A DNA stretch of 32,006 nt from an uncultured Lachnospiraceae bacterium. Its GTDB lineage: Bacteria; Bacillota; Clostridia; Lachnospirales; Lachnospiraceae. The translations under genes were made by a program, and so were the position numbers. How positions within the stretch are numbered: position 1 is the stretch's first letter; each line of letters opens with the position of its first letter. The notes below the pieces were generated by a model, which had not been told where the DNA came from, made no database searches, and was given only the letters and a program-made list of their open reading frames with translations. The stretch spans positions 1 to 32,006 of the forward strand of contig CACZQT010000234.1 of NCBI GenBank assembly GCA_902783295.1. Direction: 5' to 3'. Shown one piece after another: positions 8,893 to 17,207 of this stretch.

Positions 8893-9145
8893 AAAAATCA
8901 TCCTCTCCCTTCAGCTTCGGAGAATTTTCTCCGCCGCCGTTGGTGCTTCGGCGGTAGGAAGCATAGAACTCTTCCCCTGCCACAATCAGTTCCATAGGAT
9001 AGATTTCGTATCCCATAGAACGGGCTTTTTCACAGAAAGCACCGATCGGGTCAGCTGCCCGGCGTGTTTCCAGCAGACTTGCCCGCAGTTCTTTATCCCG
9101 TAAAGCCTTTACCTGTAATTCTTCCAGTTGTTCTGCAATATTCAT
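8855..9145 (-). CDS. Small Nif11-like domain protein (96 aa)
   Basis: The N-terminal ~55 aa (EQLEELQVKALRDKELRASLLE...DPIGAFCEKARSMGYEIYPMELI) resembles the Nif11 N-terminal domain pattern, judged by eye. It starts 11 nt after the DUF853 stop, with the TAG embedded in its weak SD (TAGGGAA). Confidence 0.55.
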   Translation of the reverse strand: MNIAEQLEELQVKALRDKELRASLLETRRAADPIGAFCEKARSMGYEIYPMELIVAGEEFYASYRRSTNGGGENSPKLKGEDDFYEMFFSVLEAAP

Positions 9146-9156
9146 TTTAGATTTCC

Positions 9157-10722
9157 CTATTTCAGATTTCCGAGAATGCCGCGAATGAATTTCTTCCCCA
9201 GTTCGCGGCCTGCTGTGTTGGCTGCAGAGCTGATGAATTTTTCGACCGCTTTCGTCTTCTTCTTCTGCTGAGCGGCCTTTTCTTTTTCTTCTTTTGCCTT
9301 TTCTTTGGCGATACGGGCTTCTTCTTTTTCCCGTTCCTTCCGGGCTTTTTCTTCTGCCTTCTCCTGTTCTTTCCGGGCTTTCTCTTCTTCTTCCGCTTTC
9401 GCTGCCGCAGCGGCGGCCTCTTCCTCTTCCACGCGCTTGGCGTTCAGAATCTCATACGCGGATTCGCGGTCTATCGTTTCGTCGTATTTTTCTCCCAGAG
9501 GGCTTTCTGCCATCACACGCCGTACCACAGCTTCATCCGCAATGTTCATGGAACTCATGGGAGGCAGGATATTCGCACGTTCCACCATAGTCGGAGTACC
9601 CTTGGCATCCAGCATGGAGACCAGGGCTTCCCCGGTAGCCAGTTCCTGCAGTACGCGTTCTGTATCAAAAGCAGGATTACTGCGGAAAGACCTGGCGGCA
9701 TAACGAAGCGCTTTCTGCTCATTCGGAGTATAGGCGCGGAGGGCATGCTGCACACGGTTGCCGATCTGGCCCAGAACGCTTTCAGGAATATCGGAAGGAT
9801 TCTGTGTGATAAACCAGACACTCACCCCCTTGGAACGGATCAGGCGTACGACCTGCTCCACCTTAGCCAGCAGAGCTTTCGGCGCGTCATTAAAAAGCAG
9901 ATGTGCTTCATCAAAGAAGAAAGCAATCTTCGGTTTTTCTACGTCTCCGACTTCCGGAAGCTTTTCATACAGTTCTGAAAGCATCCACAGCAGGAAAGAA
10001 GAATAAAGCAGGGGATGCTGGAACAGTTCAGAACATTCCAGAATATTCATGACACCGCGTCCATCCTTTGCCTGGGCCATCCAGTCCTCGATATCAAGAG
10101 CAGGTTCCCCGAAGAACTGGTCGGCTCCTTCATTTTCCAGGGCAAGAAGGGAACGCTGTACGGCACCGACGGAAGCTCCGGAAAGGAAACCGTACTGGGT
10201 GCGGAATTCTGAGGCATGATCCCCCACATACTGGACCATGCTGCGGAGATCTTTAAAATCCAGAAGTGCCAGTCCCTGGTCATCCGCTACCTTGAAAACG
10301 ATCTGAAGTGCTCCGGTCTGGGCTTCCGAAAGCCCCAGAAGACGGGCGATGAGATCCGGCCCCATGTCGGTGACAGTGGTGCGGACCGGGTGTCCCTGCT
10401 TGCCATATACATCAAAGAAACGTACCGGATAGGAATCGAAGTGATACCCCATTTCCGGGAGCCCCATATTGTCCATGCTGCGGCGTACATGTTTATTCTC
10501 GGTGCCGGGTTCGCACATGCCGGTGAGGTCACCTTTGATATCAGCCACGAAGACCGGTACGCCCATCTCACTGAACGATTCCGCGATTACTTTCAGGGTA
10601 ACGGTTTTTCCGGTACCGGTAGCGCCGGCGATCAGACCATGGCGGTTGGCCATGGAAGGCTGCAGAAACACGGCCCGGGTTCCTGTTGCCACCCAGATCT
10701 TATTGGATTCCTGAATATACAT
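9157..10722 (-). CDS. DUF853 / HerA-like (YjgR family) P-loop ATPase with a K/E-rich C-terminal tail
   Basis: 521 aa with Walker A in [17 protein letters not shown] and Walker B-like [12 protein letters not shown]. Overall similarity is to YjgR-type AAA-like proteins. The C-terminus has an EKARKE-type charged repeat. SD GGGAGGA lies 9 nt before the ATG. Confidence 0.8.
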   Translation of the reverse strand: MYIQESNKIWVATGTRAVFLQPSMANRHGLIAGATGTGKTVTLKVIAESFSEMGVPVFVADIKGDLTGMCEPGTENKHVRRSMDNMGLPEMGYHFDSYPVRFFDVYGKQGHPVRTTVTDMGPDLIARLLGLSEAQTGALQIVFKVADDQGLALLDFKDLRSMVQYVGDHASEFRTQYGFLSGASVGAVQRSLLALENEGADQFFGEPALDIEDWMAQAKDGRGVMNILECSELFQHPLLYSSFLLWMLSELYEKLPEVGDVEKPKIAFFFDEAHLLFNDAPKALLAKVEQVVRLIRSKGVSVWFITQNPSDIPESVLGQIGNRVQHALRAYTPNEQKALRYAARSFRSNPAFDTERVLQELATGEALVSMLDAKGTPTMVERANILPPMSSMNIADEAVVRRVMAESPLGEKYDETIDRESAYEILNAKRVEEEEAAAAAAKAEEEEKARKEQEKAEEKARKEREKEEARIAKEKAKEEKEKAAQQKKKTKAVEKFISSAANTAGRELGKKFIRGILGNLK

Positions 10723-10840
10723 GCTGTATTATCCTCCCTGTATTCAAAACTTGAATCAGACCAACACTCCTGTTTATTGTACCACAGGCTTTTCTGTCCG
10801 TCCAGAAAAGAAAAACGAAAGATCTTCTGAAATCCTGTGC

Positions 10841-12787
10841 TCATTCCAGAGGCTGATGCCTGACCGGATTCCATTCGGCAGGAAGCTGGCCTGAAAGCTC
10901 GTATTCAAGAGCATCCTCGCTTTCCAGCGGCTGATGCTCCAGATCTGTTTCTCCGGTCTCCTGCCCTTCTTCTCTGTGGAACTGGGTTTCATACAGTTCC
11001 GTATAAACACCGCCGGCTTTTACCAGATCTTTATGCTGACCGCGTTCGACGATCTCCCCATCCTTCACAACCAGGATTTCATCAGCGGCGAGAATGGTGG
11101 ACAGGCGGTGGGCGATCAGGATGCTGGTGCGGGAATTGATGATCGGGTCAATGGCTTCCTGGATTTTGCTTTCGGAAATGGAATCCAATGCTGAAGTAGC
11201 CTCATCGAAAATAAAGAGAGCCGGATTCTTCAGCAGTACCCGGGCAATGGAAATTCTCTGCTTTTCCCCGCCGGAAAGCTTCAGGCCGCGGTTGCCCACC
11301 AGAGTATCCAGACCGGTTTCCTGTTTTTCGATAAAATCATAGATATTCGCTTTGCGGCAGGCTTCCACCATCTCCTCTTCGGTAGCATCCGGCTTTGCAT
11401 ACAGCAGGTTGTCCCGGATTGACCCGTTGAACAGATATGTTTCCTGGGAAACTACCCCGATATGCTGACGCAGAAAGGTCAGATCCAGCTTGCGTACATC
11501 CACACCGCCAAACGAAACCGTACCGGCGTCAACATCGTACAGACGGGGGATCAGATTGATAATCGTACTCTTCCCGGATCCCGAAGGTCCCACGATCGCC
11601 ACGCTGTCCCCGCTCTTCAGGGAAAAACTCACATCCTTCAGAATAGGCTTTCCCTTTTCATAGGAAAAGTCCACATGTTCGAAATCCACTTCTCCGCCGG
11701 TTCCGGCCGGTTTTACAGGATTCTTCGGATTTTCGATTTCCACCTTCATATCGAAATATTCGAAAATGCGGGTGAACAGCGCCATGGAACGGATCCAGTC
11801 CACCTGGATATTCATCAGCGAATTGACGGGCATATACATTTTTCCCAGCAGGGCAACCAGCACGGTAATATCGCCGACGGTCAGGTTCGCATCGTATTTC
11901 ATCATCAGGATGCCGCCTGCCAGGTAGATCAGCATGGGACCGATGCTGGCAAAAGTGGAAAGAACTACCCGGAACCAGCGGCCGGCCATACTTTCACGGA
12001 TATTCAGCTTTATCATCCGTTCATTGGCTTTTTGGTAACGCTGGAATTCGTAGTTTTCTTTTCCGAAAAGCTTCACCAGCAGCTGGCCGCTGACGGACAT
12101 GGTTTCATTCAGAATCCCGTTGATCTCGTCGTTGCAGGTCTGGGCTTCTCTGGTCAGCGTCCACCGGGTCTTTCCGGCATGACGGGTTGGCAGGGTAAAC
12201 AGAGGAACAATGACGATTCCGATCAGGGCTACAAGCCAGTTTTTCTGAAACATGGCGATCAAGGCCACAATCAGGGTGATCACATTCGACAGGATGCTGG
12301 TAAAGGTACTTGTAATGACCTGTTTTACACCGTCAATATCACTGGTCATGCGGGTGATAATGTCCCCCTGGTTGTTCGTCGTAAAGAACCGCTGGGACAT
12401 TTTCTGCATGTGGGAGAACATCTGGTTCCGCATATCAAACGTAATATGCTGCGCAATCCAGGTGTTGATATAGCTTTCAGCTACACCGATCAGATTCGCT
12501 CCCAGTGTCACTGCCAGGGATAGAACAATATACGTGATCAGAGCTTTCAGATCCTGCCTGATCAGACCCTCATCAATAATCTTTCCTGTAAGTATAGATG
12601 GCAGCAGGCTGAAAACGGAAGAAACCAGAATACAGGCCAGCACAAGGAACAGCTGCCTGCTGTATGGCGCCAGATAGGAAAACACGCGTTTCAGTAAAGC
12701 TCCGGTTATCTTGGGCTGGCTGTTTTTTTCTTCTTCTGTCATGAAGCCCTGACGCATGGGACCTCCAAAACCTCCTCCGGGCGGCAT
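10841..12787 (-). CDS. ABC exporter, fused permease/ATPase half-transporter (MsbA/MdlB type)
   Basis: 648 aa with six predicted TM helices followed by an NBD. The NBD has Walker A GPSGSGKST, signature LSGGEKQR and Walker B LFIFDEATSALD. AGGAGG lies 9 nt before ATG 12787. It has a Gly-rich N-terminus and a ~45-aa acidic C-terminal tail. Confidence 0.9.
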   Translation of the reverse strand: MPPGGGFGGPMRQGFMTEEEKNSQPKITGALLKRVFSYLAPYSRQLFLVLACILVSSVFSLLPSILTGKIIDEGLIRQDLKALITYIVLSLAVTLGANLIGVAESYINTWIAQHITFDMRNQMFSHMQKMSQRFFTTNNQGDIITRMTSDIDGVKQVITSTFTSILSNVITLIVALIAMFQKNWLVALIGIVIVPLFTLPTRHAGKTRWTLTREAQTCNDEINGILNETMSVSGQLLVKLFGKENYEFQRYQKANERMIKLNIRESMAGRWFRVVLSTFASIGPMLIYLAGGILMMKYDANLTVGDITVLVALLGKMYMPVNSLMNIQVDWIRSMALFTRIFEYFDMKVEIENPKNPVKPAGTGGEVDFEHVDFSYEKGKPILKDVSFSLKSGDSVAIVGPSGSGKSTIINLIPRLYDVDAGTVSFGGVDVRKLDLTFLRQHIGVVSQETYLFNGSIRDNLLYAKPDATEEEMVEACRKANIYDFIEKQETGLDTLVGNRGLKLSGGEKQRISIARVLLKNPALFIFDEATSALDSISESKIQEAIDPIINSRTSILIAHRLSTILAADEILVVKDGEIVERGQHKDLVKAGGVYTELYETQFHREEGQETGETDLEHQPLESEDALEYELSGQLPAEWNPVRHQPLE

Positions 12788-12920
12788 AAGCAGCTTCCTC
12801 CTGAAAACTCATTTTATAATATTTAAAGTATCACAATCCGTTTTTTTTGTCAGTATTTTTTCAAAAGAACAAAGTCCGCAAGCTGACGTCAACTCCCCCG
12901 GCCCCTCATATTTCCTATAC

Positions 12921-12947
12921 GAAAAAAAGAAGGGGGCTGCCCCTTCT
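12921..12947 (-). terminator. Rho-independent terminator of the phosphatase operon
   Basis: AGAAGGGG-GCTG-CCCCTTCT hairpin immediately after stop 12950. It is followed by TTTTTTC on the minus strand. Confidence 0.75.
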
Positions 12948-12949
12948 CT

Positions 12950-13612
12950 TTATACTTCCTGGGGATACAGACTGATCCCTCTGTAATCTTCGATATATCT
13001 TTTCCCGCACCACCCTCTTACTACAGAGGATTCTGTGAGGCAGGAAGGATCATAAACACCGGCCACATGCATGCCGATAGATTGTGCAGTGCGGATTCCG
13101 AAATCTGAATCCTCATACATGACGCAGTCTTCCGGCTTCACGCCTAAACGGGAAACAGCCAGTTGGAAAACATCCGGTTCCCGTTTTCCGACCCCTACTT
13201 CATCACAGCTGGTCAGGCAGGAAAAGTATTCTCTCAGCCCAAGCCTGTTCAAAGTCATTTCGACAAGGGGTACAGCTGTAGCAGAACAGATGCTGATGGT
13301 AACACCGGCCTCTTTCAGCTTCTGCAGGTATTCTGCTGCGCCTGGCTTGGCAGGGATGCGGAGGCGGTAGTTTTCAAACATAATTTTGTTATAGTCGGCG
13401 ACGATGACATCTGCCGGATCTGTGAGTCCGTATTCACGGATCATAAACTGTGCGGCTTCCTGAGTGGACATCAGCGCGACCGCCTCCCACAGTCCTTCCT
13501 TCGGCTGAATCCCTTTGAGAATCAGATAATCCGAGGGGCAGCTCTGCCAGTATGGCATGGAATCCACCAGTGTACCATCCATATCGAAAATTGCATGCGG
13601 GTAAAGCTTCAT
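12950..13612 (-). CDS. HAD-IA family hydrolase (phosphatase / beta-phosphoglucomutase-like)
   Basis: 220 aa from ATG 13612 (AAGAGGA ~7 nt upstream; the track ORF extends into the upstream gene). It has motif I FDMDGTLVDS, motif II SICSAT and motif IV YEDSDFG. Confidence 0.85.
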   Translation of the reverse strand: MKLYPHAIFDMDGTLVDSMPYWQSCPSDYLILKGIQPKEGLWEAVALMSTQEAAQFMIREYGLTDPADVIVADYNKIMFENYRLRIPAKPGAAEYLQKLKEAGVTISICSATAVPLVEMTLNRLGLREYFSCLTSCDEVGVGKREPDVFQLAVSRLGVKPEDCVMYEDSDFGIRTAQSIGMHVAGVYDPSCLTESSVVRGWCGKRYIEDYRGISLYPQEV

Positions 13613-13625
13613 AAAAAATCCTCTT

Positions 13626-14231
13626 TTAATCTTCCAGCGCTTTTTTGATAGCATCCAGGAAAGGACCGAAATCTTCAAAAGCCTGAAGGTCGGGATTGGC
13701 TTCCATAATGGCCGGAGTGCTTCGGAACAGGAAACCGGTTTTGCTTGCACGGATCATGCCAAGATCATTGAAGGAATCCCCCGCGGCAATCGTTTCAAAC
13801 CCGATCGACTGCAATGCTTTAACGGTAGAAAGCTTTGAATTGGTAACACGCATTTTGTAATCCGTGATTTCACCTGTGGGAGAAACCACCAGCGTATTGC
13901 AGAGCAGGGTCGGCCAGTGCAGCTTTTTCATGAGGGGCTTCGCGAACTGTTCGAAAGTATCGCTGATGACGACGACCTGGGTCAGAGAACGCAGCTCATC
14001 CAGAAACTCTGTTGCGCCGGGAAGCGGGTCAATGGTTGCAATCGTCTGCTGGATTTCTTTCAGACCGAGGCCATGCTCCTTGAGAATGCTCAGGCGAAAA
14101 CGCATCAGCTTATTGTAATCCGGTTCATCCCTGGTAGTACGACGCAGCTCGGGAATGCCGGTAGCTTCCGAAAAAGCAATCCAGATCTCAGGGACCAGTA
14201 CACCTTCCATATCCAGGCAGACAATATTCAT
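13626..14231 (-). CDS. thrH: Phosphoserine phosphatase / homoserine phosphotransferase ThrH-like HAD protein
   Basis: 201 aa that aligns along its full length, from memory, with Pseudomonas aeruginosa ThrH. Shared segments include CLDMEGVLVPEIWIAF, TTRDEPDYNKLM, ISDTF and IAAGDSFND. SD AAGGAG precedes the ATG. Confidence 0.85.
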   Translation of the reverse strand: MNIVCLDMEGVLVPEIWIAFSEATGIPELRRTTRDEPDYNKLMRFRLSILKEHGLGLKEIQQTIATIDPLPGATEFLDELRSLTQVVVISDTFEQFAKPLMKKLHWPTLLCNTLVVSPTGEITDYKMRVTNSKLSTVKALQSIGFETIAAGDSFNDLGMIRASKTGFLFRSTPAIMEANPDLQAFEDFGPFLDAIKKALED

Positions 14232-14352
14232 AATTTACTCCTTTTCAGACAACGCGTCTGTATATGTCAAATTTCATCGTCTGAATCATACCATAAATCG
14301 TTTTATGTGGGAAGAAAGAGATTCTTTGAATTTTTATACATATATGTGAATT

Positions 14353-15522
14353 TTATGGCTCTAGCAGAGAAAGCAGCGTTTCAAAAACGAAATTCACGCT
14401 GGCTTCCCGAATACTGCTGCGGCCATTATTGCCGAATTGTTTTCTAAACGTTGTTGTTCCGTCAGGGAACCGGAATCCAAAACATACGGTACCTACAGGT
14501 TTTTTTTCGCTGCCCCCTGTCGGTCCTGCAATACCGGTAATACCCACGCCTATTTCTGCCCCCATTTTTTCTGCACAGCCTTCTGCCATGTCCCGGGCTA
14601 CCTGTTCGCTGACTACCCCGTACTTTTTAATCAACGCCGGATTTACGCCGAGCAGATTTTCTTTCACTTCATCAGCATACGTAACAAAAGAGCCATTAAA
14701 TACGGACGAGGCAGATGCAGCATCCACCAGTCTGGCAGCTGCCCTCCCGCCTGTACAGGATTCTGCGAAACTGATATGCCAGCCTTTTTCTTTCATAAGC
14801 TGTACCACTTTCTCTTCCGCCGGCATTTCTCCATAAACCGGAACCATGCGGAATATGTCTTCCCCTATAGGGTGGGCTTCCAGAACGAAGTCAAAAATAC
14901 TGACCTTTGTGCACCTGTGATAATCTCCTTCCGGGAACACAGCTGCCTTCTCCGGATCAAAGAAGCGCGCCGCCGAATCTGTCAGCCGCAGGTTTTCGAG
15001 TTCCTTATCAATATCATATTCTTTCTGCAGAATCAGGCTTTCCAGGTATTCTGCACAGAGGGTATCCTCAGGCGTCGGAGTCTTTCCGGAAAGTCCCATA
15101 GCGACCAGGGAAACCTTCTCAGGATTCTGTTTCCTGATAAATGCTGCGACGGCTTCTGCATTTACCAGACTTCCCGTGATGATGCGGTCTGCCAGGCGGG
15201 CTGATGCAATCCCCTGTGTACCGGCGCTGGTCGTGTGCACCACGGTTTTTCCGGACAGTTCAGCCCCCTCTGTCTGAGTCGGTGAATTTCCGTAGGCAAA
15301 ACCCGGGAGACGGATTCCTTTTCTTTCCCCGATCAGAACCACATCGGGATTCTCCTCCTTCAGCCTCCTGGCAGTTTCCTCTGCGCCGACAGCCAGGATT
15401 TCCCCGGCTCCCCTGGAAATCAGATAGGGTTCCAGGGAAAAAGCCCGGAAAACATCAATGATTACAGTCAGCCCTTCCGCCCGGGCAGCCCCGGATATGT
15501 TATCAAAGATAGTTACTTTCAT
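14353..15522 (-). CDS. Fusion protein: ComB-like 2-phosphosulfolactate phosphatase family domain + CinA C-terminal/PncC (NMN amidohydrolase) domain
   Basis: 389 aa. Residues ~1-232 match the ComB family pattern (IIDVFRAFS, GERKG, GNSP). Residues ~238-389 match CinA-C/PncC (ISFAESCTGGRAAARL, GITGIAGPTGG, KPVGTVCFG). SD AGGAGA lies 5 nt before the ATG. Confidence 0.8.
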   Translation of the reverse strand: MKVTIFDNISGAARAEGLTVIIDVFRAFSLEPYLISRGAGEILAVGAEETARRLKEENPDVVLIGERKGIRLPGFAYGNSPTQTEGAELSGKTVVHTTSAGTQGIASARLADRIITGSLVNAEAVAAFIRKQNPEKVSLVAMGLSGKTPTPEDTLCAEYLESLILQKEYDIDKELENLRLTDSAARFFDPEKAAVFPEGDYHRCTKVSIFDFVLEAHPIGEDIFRMVPVYGEMPAEEKVVQLMKEKGWHISFAESCTGGRAAARLVDAASASSVFNGSFVTYADEVKENLLGVNPALIKKYGVVSEQVARDMAEGCAEKMGAEIGVGITGIAGPTGGSEKKPVGTVCFGFRFPDGTTTFRKQFGNNGRSSIREASVNFVFETLLSLLEP

Positions 15523-15572
15523 GGGAATCTCCTATATCGTTTTGTTCAAGTACTTACAAAGATGAATCCATC

Positions 15573-15600
15573 TTGCAAAACCACACTAATCGTGTACAAT
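15573..15600 (+). promoter_or_regulatory. SigA-type promoter feeding the structured leader of the CapA-family gene
   Basis: TTGCAA-16 nt-TACAAT. The predicted start at ~15607 coincides with the first base of the tandem stem-loop element. Confidence 0.45.
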
Positions 15601-15605
15601 GTTAA

Positions 15606-15749
15606 CTGTTCAGAGCCATGCGAAGCATGACAAGTCTGCGGGTTATAGCTCTGAACAGATATTGCAATGATTTTTTAAGTTCAGAGCCATGCGAAATTGG
15701 ATAAAACAGACCCTGTGAGCCTGCTCACTGCGGGCTGTGGCTCTGAACA
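15606..15749 (+). repeat. Two tandem homologous stem-loop modules (71-nt period) in the capA-like 5' leader; candidate cis-regulatory RNA or REP-like element
   Basis: An identical 17-nt arm GTTCAGAGCCATGCGAA occurs at 15608-15624 and 15679-15695. The matching arm CTGCGGG-YTRTR-GCTCTGAACA occurs at 15636-15657 and 15728-15749. The outer 9-11 bp are complementary (GTTCAGAGC/GCTCTGAAC), and the interiors are 11 and 32 nt. Confidence 0.6.
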
Positions 15750-15785
15750 TTTGTCAGATAATATGGTTTCGGAGTCATGTCACCT

Positions 15786-16937
15786 ATGAAAAAACATTTT
15801 ATACATTTTCTTATCGTTTTCCTTTTCTTCAGCCTGATCTTCAGCTCATTCCCGGAACCTGCTGCGGCAGCCAAGAAGAAAGTTCAGGATCTCTCTGAAG
15901 AGGACTGCGAATCCTGTATAGTTACCCTGGTTGCCGTAGGAGACAATCTGCTGCATGAGCCAGTTTACACCCATGCGAAAAAGAAAGGCAAGTATAATTT
16001 CGACCATCTGTTCAAACACATCAAAAAATACATCACTGCAGCGGATCTGGCTGTAATCAATCAGGAGACCATTCTTGTTGCAGAGGATTATTCTTCTTAT
16101 CCCTGCTTTGGCAGTCCCTACGCTGTTGCAGACGCTATCGCAAAAGCAGGCTTTGATATTGTTACACAGGCCACAAACCATTCGGATGACCGTGGATCTT
16201 CCGCCATTCTGGGAACCATCTCCTACTGGCGAAAGAAGCACCCGGAAATTACTCTTCTGGGGATTCACAGGAACCAGAAAGAGGCGGATACGATTTCAGT
16301 GATCGATTGCAACGGAATCCGGATCGCTCTGCTGAATTATACATTCTGGCTGAATGGAGGCACCCTCCCTTCCGGGAAGGAATATCTGGTGGATCTCCGG
16401 GATTATTCAGACCGCGGAAAAATCCGCCGGGATATACGCCGGGCGAAAAAAATGGCTGATTTTGTGATTGTCTTCCCACATTGGGGAACCGAATATGTTT
16501 ACAAACCGGATGAAGAACAGCTGTTCTGGTCGGATCTGTTCCTGGAGGAAAAAGTCGATCTTGTGATTGGAACTCATCCGCATGTTCTGCAGCCTTTTAC
16601 AATGCGGAAAAACCGGGATGGTCACAAAATGCTTTGCTATTATTCTCTGGGAAATTTTATATCAGGTCAGGGAAAAGTCCCCAGGATGCTGGGAGGAATG
16701 GCCAGGGTTACCATCGTAAAAGACAGGAATGGAACCCATATCTCCTCCTATGGACTGGATCCACTGGTGACCCACATTACAAGTGGTTACCATCTGGTTA
16801 CTTCTTATAAACTTACAGACTATACAGAAGCCCTTGCGAAAAAGCACCGCCTGTGGCTGTCTGTATCAGAACTGAAACAGCTGTATAAACAAATTACAGG
16901 GAAAGCGGTGACATCAAACGATGGAAAAAAGAAATAA
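15786..16937 (+). CDS. CapA-family (PGA_cap, metallophosphatase-like) membrane-anchored protein
   Basis: Has an N-terminal hydrophobic anchor (HFLIVFLFFSLIFSSF) and the motifs VAVGDNLLHE, INQETIL, ATNHSDDRG, PHWGTEY and GTHPHVLQP. ATG 15786 lies 11 nt after GGAG. The track start 15777 is only 2 nt from the SD, so the start is uncertain by 9 nt. Confidence 0.85.
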   Translation: MKKHFIHFLIVFLFFSLIFSSFPEPAAAAKKKVQDLSEEDCESCIVTLVAVGDNLLHEPVYTHAKKKGKYNFDHLFKHIKKYITAADLAVINQETILVAEDYSSYPCFGSPYAVADAIAKAGFDIVTQATNHSDDRGSSAILGTISYWRKKHPEITLLGIHRNQKEADTISVIDCNGIRIALLNYTFWLNGGTLPSGKEYLVDLRDYSDRGKIRRDIRRAKKMADFVIVFPHWGTEYVYKPDEEQLFWSDLFLEEKVDLVIGTHPHVLQPFTMRKNRDGHKMLCYYSLGNFISGQGKVPRMLGGMARVTIVKDRNGTHISSYGLDPLVTHITSGYHLVTSYKLTDYTEALAKKHRLWLSVSELKQLYKQITGKAVTSNDGKKK

Positions 16938-17094
16938 AGTCTTAGTCATCATCTATCTGATTCTGGCTCTGCTGAGCTCCTTGCGGGGAATCCTCGCCAT
17001 TTCTTCCGGACAGAGTACCGGAGTGATTGTCCTGCGTTTTGGGCTGGGTGTTCTGTTCCTGATTGCAGCTCTGCTGTATGGAAGGAGAAAATAA
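16921..17094 (+). CDS. Small two-TM membrane protein (57 aa), not in the ORF track
   Basis: ATG 16921 overlaps the last 17 nt of the capA-like gene in another frame. The translation is MEKRNKVLVIIYLILALLSSLRGILAISSGQSTGVIVLRFGLGVLFLIAALLYGRRK: two hydrophobic helices with positively charged ends. It is below the track's 60-aa cutoff. Confidence 0.55.
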   Translation: MEKRNKVLVIIYLILALLSSLRGILAISSGQSTGVIVLRFGLGVLFLIAALLYGRRK

Positions 17095-17134
17095 GCCGTA
17101 TGAAAGGAAACGACAGTTTTTCTTGTTCAATTTC

Positions 17135-17178
17135 ACAAAAAACTTTTAAGAAGAGGCAGCCTGTACGGCTGCCTCTTC
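17135..17178 (-). terminator. Rho-independent terminator of the DUF4914-like gene, located between convergent genes
   Basis: GAAGAGGCAGCC-TGTAC-GGCTGCCTCTTC, a 12-bp stem at 17150-17178. On the minus strand it is followed by TTAAAAGTTTTTTG. Confidence 0.8.
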
Positions 17179-17207
17179 GCTTAATGATGATTCTGATGAA
17201 ATGCACC

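Noticed and set aside
9200-9440. Purine/pyrimidine-biased repetitive DNA (GAAGAA/CTTCTT runs).
   Set aside because: It is the coding sequence of the K/E/A-rich tail ([22 protein letters not shown]) of the DUF853 protein. This is low-complexity coding sequence, not a non-coding tandem repeat.
9157-10722. HerA-like ATPase as the core of an anti-phage defence system.
   Set aside because: This is the DUF853/YjgR type, which usually stands alone. No Sir2, nuclease, DUF4297 or other effector partner is adjacent, and no mobile or island signature surrounds it.
10789-10810. Hairpin CTTTTCTG-N6-CAGAAAAG between the ABC exporter and the DUF853 gene, considered as a terminator.
   Set aside because: On the transcribed (minus) strand the T tract precedes rather than follows the stem, and the stem is AT-rich. 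A possible extended -10 (TGGTACAAT, 10776-10784) downstream is only weakly supported, so neither is listed as a feature.
15606-15749. Possible mini-CRISPR array or tracrRNA-like repeats (71-nt period).
   Set aside because: There are only two units. The repeated blocks are the two arms of inverted repeats rather than a single direct repeat with unique spacers. No cas genes are in the window.
15606-15749. Match to a known riboswitch class (c-di-GMP, preQ1, ZTP, fluoride, Mn, NiCo, guanidine were considered).
   Set aside because: I could not align the conserved segments to any consensus I can recall reliably. A vague resemblance of CTGCGGGC/CTGTGAGC to NiCo-type junction sequences is too weak, and the downstream gene is not a metal exporter. 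It is left as unclassified.
16942-17206. Two minus-strand ORFs (64 and 85 aa) between the capA-like and DUF4914-like genes.
   Set aside because: They span the terminator hairpin at 17150-17178, lack an SD and have low-complexity translations. The plus-strand 57-aa two-TM ORF coupled to the capA-like gene explains the region better.
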